The notes under the pieces are model-generated. The model made no database searches, was not told the origin of the DNA, and saw only the letters and a list, made by a program, of their open reading frames with translations. From an uncultured Candidatus Poseidoniales archaeon (GTDB lineage Archaea; Thermoplasmatota; Poseidoniia; Poseidoniales; Poseidoniaceae), in contig CAJIYT010000001.1 in NCBI GenBank assembly GCA_905181715.1, positions 71 to 64,070 of the forward strand: DNA of 64,000 bases. Reading direction: 5' to 3'. The position numbers were made by a program, and so were the translations under genes. Shown piece by piece: positions 35,962 to 44,307 of the stretch (its first letter is position 1; each line of letters begins with the position of its first letter).

Positions 35962-37753
35962 CCTTTCTTTTCTTTATCATTAAACCCAAGGCAAATCCCA
36001 CTAGTAATAGAATTGCGATACCTGGGGCAAAGGATGGCACTGCGTTCGAATAACTTAGTGAAGCACCGGTGACAACCAGATAGTGGGCATTGTTGCCCTC
36101 ATCGCGTTCATCAATGATATTAAATGGATCAATAGTCAAACGTAGATCCCACTGTCCTCGATCAGAGACGGTATAATTCCAAGTCATATTCTCCGACATA
36201 TCACTGAGAGATCCCGCAGGGAGTAATTTGCTATCTACCAGAGTCCATTGTACGTCAGCATTACGGTCTGCTGGTGCAGCTTCTAACCAAATAGTTAAGG
36301 CTCCACCATACACTTCATTGCTCTCTATTAGGCTAGATAATTGCACTTTACCAGTATTTTCTCCAGGTTTTACTACTAGTTTATCAAGTGTAGTTTGTGA
36401 TAGATTCCAGGATATATCCTTGCCCGGCAATACTTGGAATGCTGCGGGTATCGTGATGAATTCATTTCCAGCTTCATCAACTAAGGTTGCACGTAATAGT
36501 AGGTATTGTCTGCTTTTAGTCGCCCAACTGGTCAGTCCAACCGTGCCACTTAGTCCAGTTTCAGCAATACTCAACCAGGCCCCTGATATGTCGGGCATGG
36601 TACCTATTCCATTGTAATCAAAACCATATTCGATTTTGCTTTCAACAAAATCTATTCCGGAACCCTCATCATAAGAACTGAAGGAAATATTTGCTACATC
36701 GGTTTTACTTGATGTCAATTCATCTACAGTCCATCCGATCCCTTCTGGTTTTGTGATGTCAACCTTGATGTTGAATTGTATTTCATCGCCTTCGTTGCCA
36801 ACCAAATCAACCGGCTTGAAACCGATGATTGTTTGCCCTTCTACAAGGCTTAGTGTAGTGGATTCAGAGGCGATGATGGTCCAAACTCCACTTTGATTCA
36901 ACTTGACATTAGCGATACCACTACCGCTACCATCGTCAGCAGAAGAAAGAATGTCATCGATGAGAACCTCGCTGGAATCTTGCCAAACCTTTCCATTGCC
37001 GATTGTCGGAGAAGTCATCGTTGGAGGTGTGCGGTCAATTCCCATGAACAGGGTTTGCGATGCAGATAGTCCACTACCATCGTAGACTGTTAATCGAGGA
37101 TTGTATTTCCCCTCTGCGAGGTCGCTAGGACTCCATAGCCAACCGTAATCAAGAGTGCCAGGTCCATCATTGGCTACACTACCTGATCCTGGAACATTTA
37201 CCAGCCCAGCATGGGTTAAATCATCGTCGACAGCAGTCCAAGAAAAACTCAAAGTCCCAGTTTCTTCGATATCAAACCACGCTCTGTCAGAATTTGAAGC
37301 ACCACTACCATGATCTGGACTGAGGACGCTGAAAGAAGTGATTACCGGGATTTGATTAGCGATGGTAAAATTATTCGATATGAACCAATTACTATGGTTA
37401 GAAACATCGGAGTCCCATCCTCTTACTCGTAGGGAGTAACTGCCATTAGCGAATTGTGTACTATCGAGATGCATCAGCCACGGAGTGGAAGTCATATTCT
37501 CAACCTCATTCCAAACAGTAGAGTCAGCAGAGATTTCAACTTGCAAATTAGCAAGGGTTCCACTGCCACTAATCGAGAATGTCAAAGTGTTTAGACCAGT
37601 AAAAACCTCATCAGCATCGGGACCACCGGTAAAAGTAATTGTAAGAGCACTATCTACAGATTGAACGATTGATTTTTCCTCGAGCAAAGACTCTGTTGGC
37701 CATGAAACCATGACCAGAGAAAGTGCCAGAACAATCAACAGCAGCGGCCTCAT
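35915..37753 (-). CDS. secreted Ig-like repeat surface protein with a C-terminal TM anchor
   Basis: Signal MRPLLLIVLALSLVMVSWP. CARDB-like end IIDERDEGNNAHYLVV. TM FAPGIAILLLVGFALGLMIKKRK. Confidence 0.8.
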   Translation of the reverse strand: MRPLLLIVLALSLVMVSWPTESLLEEKSIVQSVDSALTITFTGGPDADEVFTGLNTLTFSISGSGTLANLQVEISADSTVWNEVENMTSTPWLMHLDSTQFANGSYSLRVRGWDSDVSNHSNWFISNNFTIANQIPVITSFSVLSPDHGSGASNSDRAWFDIEETGTLSFSWTAVDDDLTHAGLVNVPGSGSVANDGPGTLDYGWLWSPSDLAEGKYNPRLTVYDGSGLSASQTLFMGIDRTPPTMTSPTIGNGKVWQDSSEVLIDDILSSADDGSGSGIANVKLNQSGVWTIIASESTTLSLVEGQTIIGFKPVDLVGNEGDEIQFNIKVDITKPEGIGWTVDELTSSKTDVANISFSSYDEGSGIDFVESKIEYGFDYNGIGTMPDISGAWLSIAETGLSGTVGLTSWATKSRQYLLLRATLVDEAGNEFITIPAAFQVLPGKDISWNLSQTTLDKLVVKPGENTGKVQLSSLIESNEVYGGALTIWLEAAPADRNADVQWTLVDSKLLPAGSLSDMSENMTWNYTVSDRGQWDLRLTIDPFNIIDERDEGNNAHYLVVTGASLSYSNAVPSFAPGIAILLLVGFALGLMIKKRKVTPLPIEHSHQNLES

Positions 37754-37895
37754 CAGTTACCTTGACGAGGGGGGTCATCCTTCAATGCTCGCATGAGATA
37801 ACATTAGTCGGACGGGGTTGTTTTCTAACAACAACCACCGCCACAAGGTTTCTGATTCGATTGATTCAAGTGCTGTGACCCGTCCATTCCCGACC

Positions 37896-40646
37896 ATGCA
37901 GAGGCAGAGGGCCATCGTCATCGCGTCGATGTTGATGCTTCTAATCGCCTTTCCAATCTTGGTACAAGCGGAGGATAGTGGCGGTGTACAGGCTAGTGCA
38001 TCGACCTTGACCTTTTCTGGCGATGCGGTTGAAGGCGGAACAATTATTTTTTATCTGAGCCTACAAAATACAAACCCCACAGAGGCTTCAGGAGTGACTT
38101 ATTCTCTCTATCGAGAGGAGATTTCCTCGGGTTATAGATTGAAAACAGCAGCTATTGATATCGCTGGAGATACGACGGTAACAGTCAATGCGACATGGTC
38201 TCAATTAACCGCAGGCGAGCATCAAATATGGGTCGAATTCAGTAATGGCAATGTACAGACTTTCTATGAGTCTTTTACCGTTGAAGCTTTACCTGATTTA
38301 AAGGTGGTTTCAACGACGTTTGACCCTGTAACTGGAGCAATGAGTGGTGATACAGTTGGGGTTAGTATCGAGATCCAAAATAGCGGTACAGTTAATGCTG
38401 GAACCAGCACTCTGAGCATTGATTTTGCTGGAACTTCCAGTGACCACATCACTCCTGCGATAGATGGACAATCCACCGGGTGGGTAAATGCCACCCTAGT
38501 AGCTCCAAATGCTGGTACATGGCCGGTAGACATTGAATTGGATATCGATGATATGGTGATAGAGTCTGATGATGAGAATGATTATTCCATTGAATATGTA
38601 ATAACTAAACGCATGGATTTGTTCCATCAAGGCGGTGTTACAGTTACCACTACCGAAGGGGCTCTCGATGGCCCTTGGACATTCTCGGGCATTCTTGGAC
38701 GTACAAATGGCCAAGGTAGCGATGAAGTTAGTATGATAATAGAGATTGCCGACTCAAATAGTCTACAACTACAACCATTCGTAGTAAACATCAGCGGAGG
38801 AGAGAATACTGTCAAGCAATGGTCACATATATTGACGAGAGAACAATTATCTCTCAATCCAGCGATCTACCATTTTGAGGTCATAATCAATCCGTTTTCC
38901 GGGGACTCATATACCCAAGAAAACACCAGTAACGATCGTACCTCATCGACTTTGACGATTTTCCAAATCCCAGATGTAGTAGTGGATACAACGGCAATCC
39001 CATCAACTCCAGCAGTCGCCGGTGGCGATAGTTTGACCTGGACCGTAATGCTGGCTAATAATGGTCAAATCGATGTATCAGGCTATATTACCTATACTTG
39101 GGAAAATCAAACATTTGACAGTCCAGAGATGGTTATTTCTGCTGGAGAAAATGGTAAATCATGGACGATTGAATTAGTTGCAGAACCAGGTGAACATACT
39201 GCGAGATTCACAGCCGATTGGATTGAATCGGAAGGTTCTTGGGATGCTATATCGGGTAATTCCCATGCTGAAAATAATGTTAGTGTACTCTCACAATTAC
39301 GTCTAATTTGGTCAGATCTCACTTTTTCATTGGTTGATGAAAGTGGAGAAAGCGTTAATTTGCCTCTGAATAACGGAGAGAATTACACGGTTTCAATCGA
39401 TTTATCATCATTCGATTCAGGTTCGTTAAATTTCACTTGCGGCGACTCAAGCGGTAAAGTATACGCTGTAATTCCGGTTACGGTTACAGCAAGTAATCAA
39501 TGGGTTACTGTCGGTTGCACTTTCACCGCCGATGCCCCAAATTCCGAATTGATGCTGATTCCATCCGATGGTGGGGTCACTACAACAAAAACTTGGAGCT
39601 GGCCTACTGCGCTTCCACTAGGAACAGAAATAGCAGGAAAAGAAGACTATAGTTTTGCTACTGCGATGATAATTCTCTTCATCGCTTTGGTCTTGATTGC
39701 AATATTGATAGTTGCGTTAATCCTCACCAGAGAGAGCGATGGCGAGGTCGATAGGGATATCTTTGATTATTGTCCTGCCTGTGATGGTGAATTAGAAGGC
39801 GATGAAAACCGTTGTCCATCTTGCCGCTTCAATCTCAAGAAGGCGAGAATGCAATTCCATGATTGTGAGGAATGTGCAGAGTTGGTTCCTGACCTGCTCG
39901 ATAATTGTCCATATTGTGGCGTTGCACAAGACACATCAAAGTACTTTGAAAAGCGTGAGCGCTTGGAAATTAAGCAGACTGTAGACCTACCAGACGAAGA
40001 AGAGTTCGATGAAGAAGCAATCGTTTCCGGAACCGAGAACTTTGAACAAGCGGTGCAGGAATTCGGTTATGATGCCGACGATCTCGAGGGCCATTGGGAT
40101 GAGCAACTCGCAGATGCTGAAACTGAGGTTGAAGCTGCTCAAGACCGTCTCGATATAGAAATAGAACAATCTGAACTCGATGATGAGGAGCGTGAAAAGA
40201 TAGTCGAGACCACTCTCAAGAGTATTGAAGACTCATTCTCAGGCAATGATATCGATGCGATATTGTCTGAAAAAGACGAAGTTGTTTCACATGCTGATGA
40301 TGGTGAAGAATTAAGCGCGAGCGATGCTAAAATACGCGGACGCCTGTTCGAAATAACTGGTGAAAAAGGCGTAATGCCCGGCGATAAGGTGAATATTGGT
40401 GGTGCTTCAGAGTCGGTAATGGTCGGCAATGAGGTGCCGACTGAAGCTTTGGATTTCAGTTTCAATGAAGAGCAGGATAAGCCCTTAGAGGACTCCCCCA
40501 GAAAAGCGCCGCGCCGGCGAAGAAATAAGTCTGAAGATGTAGAGGAAGAAGTCGCTGCTGATGAAAAAGCAGAATGTGGAGTTTGTGGCGCGGATCTAGG
40601 CATTGAAGAATTAGAATGCAAAACCTGCGGTGCTAAATTCGAGTGA
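37896..40646 (+). CDS. CARDB-repeat surface protein with a single TM and a 300-aa acidic cytoplasmic tail carrying three Cys4 zinc ribbons
   Basis: Signal MQRQRAIVIASMLMLLIAFPILVQAED (track start 37818 is TTG). CARDB-like endings (ESDDENDY, QENTSNDR). TM FATAMIILFIALVLIAILIVALILT (about 39654-39728). CPAC-x10-CPSC and CEEC-x10-CPYC (39771-39917), then CGVC-x10-CKTC (40575-40628). Confidence 0.8.
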   Translation: MQRQRAIVIASMLMLLIAFPILVQAEDSGGVQASASTLTFSGDAVEGGTIIFYLSLQNTNPTEASGVTYSLYREEISSGYRLKTAAIDIAGDTTVTVNATWSQLTAGEHQIWVEFSNGNVQTFYESFTVEALPDLKVVSTTFDPVTGAMSGDTVGVSIEIQNSGTVNAGTSTLSIDFAGTSSDHITPAIDGQSTGWVNATLVAPNAGTWPVDIELDIDDMVIESDDENDYSIEYVITKRMDLFHQGGVTVTTTEGALDGPWTFSGILGRTNGQGSDEVSMIIEIADSNSLQLQPFVVNISGGENTVKQWSHILTREQLSLNPAIYHFEVIINPFSGDSYTQENTSNDRTSSTLTIFQIPDVVVDTTAIPSTPAVAGGDSLTWTVMLANNGQIDVSGYITYTWENQTFDSPEMVISAGENGKSWTIELVAEPGEHTARFTADWIESEGSWDAISGNSHAENNVSVLSQLRLIWSDLTFSLVDESGESVNLPLNNGENYTVSIDLSSFDSGSLNFTCGDSSGKVYAVIPVTVTASNQWVTVGCTFTADAPNSELMLIPSDGGVTTTKTWSWPTALPLGTEIAGKEDYSFATAMIILFIALVLIAILIVALILTRESDGEVDRDIFDYCPACDGELEGDENRCPSCRFNLKKARMQFHDCEECAELVPDLLDNCPYCGVAQDTSKYFEKRERLEIKQTVDLPDEEEFDEEAIVSGTENFEQAVQEFGYDADDLEGHWDEQLADAETEVEAAQDRLDIEIEQSELDDEEREKIVETTLKSIEDSFSGNDIDAILSEKDEVVSHADDGEELSASDAKIRGRLFEITGEKGVMPGDKVNIGGASESVMVGNEVPTEALDFSFNEEQDKPLEDSPRKAPRRRRNKSEDVEEEVAADEKAECGVCGADLGIEELECKTCGAKFE

Positions 40647-40799
40647 GTGCCTGTCAGTTCTCATAGGGTTCGTCATCGCCATGCGGCTCGGTCGGTCGTA
40701 AACTTCATTCAGACAGACTGGCGATTTGGCGGCAACCCTTGAATGCTTTGACGCCAAATGGCCGTGCCATTGATATCATAACCCCTGCTGAGCAAGTCG

Positions 40800-41351
40800 A
40801 TGAGGACTAGGTTTGTGATGCCGCTATTGCTGTTATCAGTCCTAATTACACCAATTATCACCGGTTGTATAGGGTTGGTCCCAGCGAGGGAGTTCTTAGA
40901 AGGAATGAGAGATGAACCAAAACCATCCTCAGAAACAGATGAAGTCGTAGTCTCGCATATCTTCACCACTATTTCACCTCAACTCTTCACTCCACCTGCT
41001 GACAACTTCATGGTCGATGAACATGTCACAGAGATCAGTGCTTATCTGTCTGTGCAGAACTTTCTTTCCGAACAAACTGAATTTTTTCCCAATGAGACCA
41101 GATATGTATCGGCAATATTGACTGATTATGCTGGAAACAAAGTTTGGGAGGAAGAGGTTAGTGAAACCAGTACGATACTTGAGACTCAATTACAACCACC
41201 ATTTGCTGAGGGAGAATGGACCTTACAAGTAGAGGCACGTGGATATGGAGAAGAGATTCTTGGTCAGTTTCAAGATACTTTTCACATCGTTATTACAATC
41301 GAGAGATCTTGTACCATCTATCCGCTAGATGAAGGTTGTAGTTACGATTAA
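40800..41351 (+). CDS. putative secreted lipoprotein, unknown function
   Basis: N-terminus MRTRFVMPLLLLSVLITPIITGCIG with a lipobox-like ITGC. No recognisable domain. Confidence 0.55.
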   Translation: MRTRFVMPLLLLSVLITPIITGCIGLVPAREFLEGMRDEPKPSSETDEVVVSHIFTTISPQLFTPPADNFMVDEHVTEISAYLSVQNFLSEQTEFFPNETRYVSAILTDYAGNKVWEEEVSETSTILETQLQPPFAEGEWTLQVEARGYGEEILGQFQDTFHIVITIERSCTIYPLDEGCSYD

Positions 41352-42547
41352 ACATCGAGTAGATTGTCAGGGCAAGCGTGTCTTCGCGAACAACTCTTGC
41401 ACTTCCCTGGACGGTTGTGATTTCTTATCGCCCCGCCTTCTACCATCAGACGTTGAATTTCTTTAATCCCATCTTCCAATATTTCCCGATTATGGTCATC
41501 CCATAGAATTTGATGATTATTATCAGCGCCATAGCTCAGTATTCCAAAAGGAGGAGTCTTCCCTGTTGTCGCTTCTACAAGATGGATGTAGGCCATTATT
41601 TGCATCTTGTGCGAGTAATGAGGCTTGTGCGGCACCTTTCCGGTCTTTTGTTCGACTGGGATGAATTCCCCTTCCATTATGACGATTTGATCTGGTCTAC
41701 CCCGTAAGCCATTATTAGCATCTATCAATAGGCCTTTGTCATTTTCACCATCCGAGTATGCGACCTCGATATTTTCATCTAATCCTGTGTGCGTTCTCGC
41801 TAATTCAGATTCAGTATCAGCCATTAGGACTCTTTGTAATTGCCAAGATGAAATCAATGTCCACAACATTGCTATGGATACGAGTATGAATCCCGCCTGG
41901 GATTTATTTTCTGCTGCTGAAAGTCCAATTGCATTGATGCCGAGAATGATTGCGCCAAGCATAAACCCCGCTTCGACCCGACCTCCTTGGAACCAACCGC
42001 CGCGAAAATTGATTGGTTCGAGAACAGAATCCATCATATTTTCTTGGTATCTTTTCAGTTTTTCTTTGATTACAGTATTTTCATCACTAATTTTTAGCCA
42101 TGAACGCCATGGGAGATAGGTTGCAAGGATGCCAATTATTAACCAAACCAAGGCCAGTAAAGCGAGGTATTTCGCCATATCAACCGGTAATATATTTTGA
42201 TCATCGAGTTTTGTGAAAGCGAAGGCATCGATGATGAAAGCGATGATTACTGCAAACCACCATGACCAGATAACCAGTGCTCGGTTGAGTACTATTTGCT
42301 TGAGTCTATAGCCTTCCATATTGTCATGAATTTCAGCGTGCTTGACCAACCCCGCTTCAATAGCATCCCCTTTGCCCTTGGTTCCAGTACGAGATAGGTG
42401 CCAGGAAAGTGGACAATAGCCATGACGTTCTAGGTCAGAAGCAGAGACATGTAATGCGTGACCATCACTATCACGCCAATAGCCATCATCACTTCTGATT
42501 GCTTTGACTTCGGAACTAGATTTTGTCCCCTGTTCGATAAGTCCCAC
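41348..42547 (-). CDS. Cas4-family PD-(D/E)xK nuclease with a 4Fe-4S Cys signature, interrupted by about 150 aa holding four predicted TM helices
   Basis: GTG start. N-terminal ASDLERHGYCPLSW (Cys45) and GLVKHAEIH. Core GRPD (Asp285), VEQK (Glu299/Lys301) and QIMAY (Gln316/Tyr320). C-terminal CKSC-x5-C (Cys383/386/392). The hydrophobic segments LVIWSWWFAVIIAFIIDAFAF, YLALLALVWLIIGILATYL, GFMLGAIILGINAIGLSAA and GFILVSIAMLWTLISSW map to 41840-42280. Confidence 0.7.
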   Translation of the reverse strand: MGLIEQGTKSSSEVKAIRSDDGYWRDSDGHALHVSASDLERHGYCPLSWHLSRTGTKGKGDAIEAGLVKHAEIHDNMEGYRLKQIVLNRALVIWSWWFAVIIAFIIDAFAFTKLDDQNILPVDMAKYLALLALVWLIIGILATYLPWRSWLKISDENTVIKEKLKRYQENMMDSVLEPINFRGGWFQGGRVEAGFMLGAIILGINAIGLSAAENKSQAGFILVSIAMLWTLISSWQLQRVLMADTESELARTHTGLDENIEVAYSDGENDKGLLIDANNGLRGRPDQIVIMEGEFIPVEQKTGKVPHKPHYSHKMQIMAYIHLVEATTGKTPPFGILSYGADNNHQILWDDHNREILEDGIKEIQRLMVEGGAIRNHNRPGKCKSCSRRHACPDNLLDV

Positions 42548-42587
42548 CCATGTTTAGCAGATGGGGGTCCCGAGATGAACCTTTCCT

Positions 42588-42593
42588 CTATAT
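42588..42593 (-). promoter_or_regulatory. TATA-like ATATAG about 42 nt upstream of the Cas4-like GTG
   Basis: The minus-strand sequence reads GCGATATAGAGG. The distance to the start codon is comparable to the TTTAATAG elements listed below. Confidence 0.3.
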
Positions 42594-42647
42594 CGCATGC
42601 AGCATCACATTTGGGATTCTTTGTAATCATTGATGATTGCGAAGCGA

Positions 42648-42655
42648 TTTAATAG
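42648..42655 (+). promoter_or_regulatory. TATA-like TTTAATAG upstream of rps2
   Basis: 43 nt before ATG 42691, with GAGGA 8-12 nt before the ATG. The same TTTAATAG occurs 40 nt before the ABC ATPase start. Confidence 0.4.
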
Positions 42656-42690
42656 ACGGGACTTGTGGCCGCAGCGCTGAGGATTGAAAT

Positions 42691-43299
42691 ATGACCGAGT
42701 CTAGCGAATTGCTGATCGATCTTGAAACTTATGAGACCCATGCCGTACATATCGGTACTCAACAGAAGAGTGCTGATATGAGCACCTTCATTCAAGAAGT
42801 TCGTTCTGATGGATTATACCTTCTTGATCTAAATATTACCGATTCTAGAATCCGTACTATTGCTAGTTTCATCAACCGTTACAATGTTGCAAATGTTATG
42901 GTTGTATCCGCAAGGCAATACGGACAACGCCCTGCACGCAAATTCTCTGAAGCAGTTGGCGCTAAGTCTGCTGTAGGACGCTTTATTCCTGGCAGTTTGA
43001 CCAACCCGGCTCTTCGCTCATATATTGAGCCAGATATCCTCATGGTTACCGACCCCGCTGCTGATCAACAAGCATTGAGTGAAGCAGTAGATTCTGGTAT
43101 CCCAATAATCGCTATTTGTGATGCAAATAACAATCTTCGCAATGTCGATTTGGTATTACCTGCAAATAACAAGGGTCGCCGTTCACTTGCCCTTATATTC
43201 TGGCTACTTTCAAGAGAAGTTCTCAAACTTCGCGGTGAAACCACCGATGAGGCTTGGGCTGAGGCTAACGATCTCGAAGATTGGGAATCAACTTTCTGA
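42691..43299 (+). CDS. rps2: 30S ribosomal protein uS2 (archaeal type)
   Basis: HIGTQQKSADMSTFI, DGLYLLDLNITDSRIR, PDILMVTDPAADQQALSEA and IPIIAICDANN. Confidence 0.9.
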   Translation: MTESSELLIDLETYETHAVHIGTQQKSADMSTFIQEVRSDGLYLLDLNITDSRIRTIASFINRYNVANVMVVSARQYGQRPARKFSEAVGAKSAVGRFIPGSLTNPALRSYIEPDILMVTDPAADQQALSEAVDSGIPIIAICDANNNLRNVDLVLPANNKGRRSLALIFWLLSREVLKLRGETTDEAWAEANDLEDWESTF

Positions 43300-44307
43300 G
43301 CATCCCTGTTCCAAGTAATTGGTGACAGAAGCAGCAAAGTCTTCTGGTTCAGTGTGCGTATGCATCATCATTCGGACTTTTTTTGCTCCGGGTAACCCCT
43401 TGGTGAAGGCCACAGCATGACGCATCATCCACTTAGGTCTCAACCCGGTGGTTGAATTTGCGATCTCGATATAACGATTCCAACACCATTTACGAGTTTG
43501 AAATATTCTTGTGGTTTCATCACTTGCAAACCAATTGTCATCAGCCCAGGGTAATTCTTCCTGTTGCATCCAGCCAAGACCAACTTTTATTTCAGCAAAG
43601 ACCGAAGGTCTACCGATCGCTCCCCGCCCAATCATCAAACCAGATGCATGAGTCGCTTCAAGACAATCTCGGGCAGATTTAGTATCGAAGACATCCCCAT
43701 TTGCAATAACTGGGACTTCAACAGATGAGACTACATTTGCAATACTATCCCAGTCAGCGATACCCGAATATCTCTGTTTTAGAGTTCGACCATGGACACA
43801 TAACCTCTGGACACCAATTCCTTCGAGGCGAGTCGAAATATCAAGGACAGTGTCTGGACCAGCACCTGTACCCAATCGCATTTTGGCACTGACCGGAGAA
43901 TTAACTTCAGAGATTATCGATTCGGTCATCGCCACCAAATCATCTGCAGTCCCCATCAAGGCAGCACCTGCACAGATCTTGGTTACCTTTGGAGCAGGAC
44001 AACCGAAATTCAAATCGATGATATCTGCAGTTTCATCTAGCATCTTTGCTGCTATGACCATTTCATCTGGATTACCACCAAAAATCTGTGGAATAAATGG
44101 CCTTTCATCGACATGGCTTTCCAATCTAGCCCAAGAGTTCGCAACTTCCCTAGAGAGGGCACTAGAGGAAGTGAATTCGGTTATAGTGACATCTGCCCCG
44201 CATTCGCGAGCTAAGAGACGATATGGTAATTCAGAAACACCAGACATTGGAGCGAGAAAGAGTGACCTTTCTTCACCGTCCCATTCTCCTTTTGCTTTAT
44301 CGATCAC
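43288..44307 (-). CDS. dus: tRNA-dihydrouridine synthase
   Basis: FLAPMSGVSELPYRLLARECGADVTITEF, IIDLNFGCPAPKVTK and LCVHGRT. Confidence 0.88.
   Translation of the reverse strand: MIDKAKGEWDGEERSLFLAPMSGVSELPYRLLARECGADVTITEFTSSSALSREVANSWARLESHVDERPFIPQIFGGNPDEMVIAAKMLDETADIIDLNFGCPAPKVTKICAGAALMGTADDLVAMTESIISEVNSPVSAKMRLGTGAGPDTVLDISTRLEGIGVQRLCVHGRTLKQRYSGIADWDSIANVVSSVEVPVIANGDVFDTKSARDCLEATHASGLMIGRGAIGRPSVFAEIKVGLGWMQQEELPWADDNWFASDETTRIFQTRKWCWNRYIEIANSTTGLRPKWMMRHAVAFTKGLPGAKKVRMMMHTHTEPEDFAASVTNYLEQGCSES

Noticed and set aside
40709-40969. 86-aa minus-strand ORF overlapping the start of the lipoprotein gene
   Set aside because: It is antisense to a frame with a convincing signal/lipobox N-terminus and has no supporting features.
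42627-42680. Possible C/D-box sRNA in the Cas4-like/rps2 spacer (TGATGA at about 42631, CTGA at about 42676)
   Set aside because: There are no internal D'/C' boxes and no terminal stem. The region is better explained as the rps2 promoter (TTTAATAG) and leader.
41348-42690. CRISPR-Cas locus implied by the Cas4-like gene
   Set aside because: No direct-repeat/spacer array and no other cas gene occur anywhere in the 64 kb. The gene is treated as a stand-alone Cas4-family nuclease.
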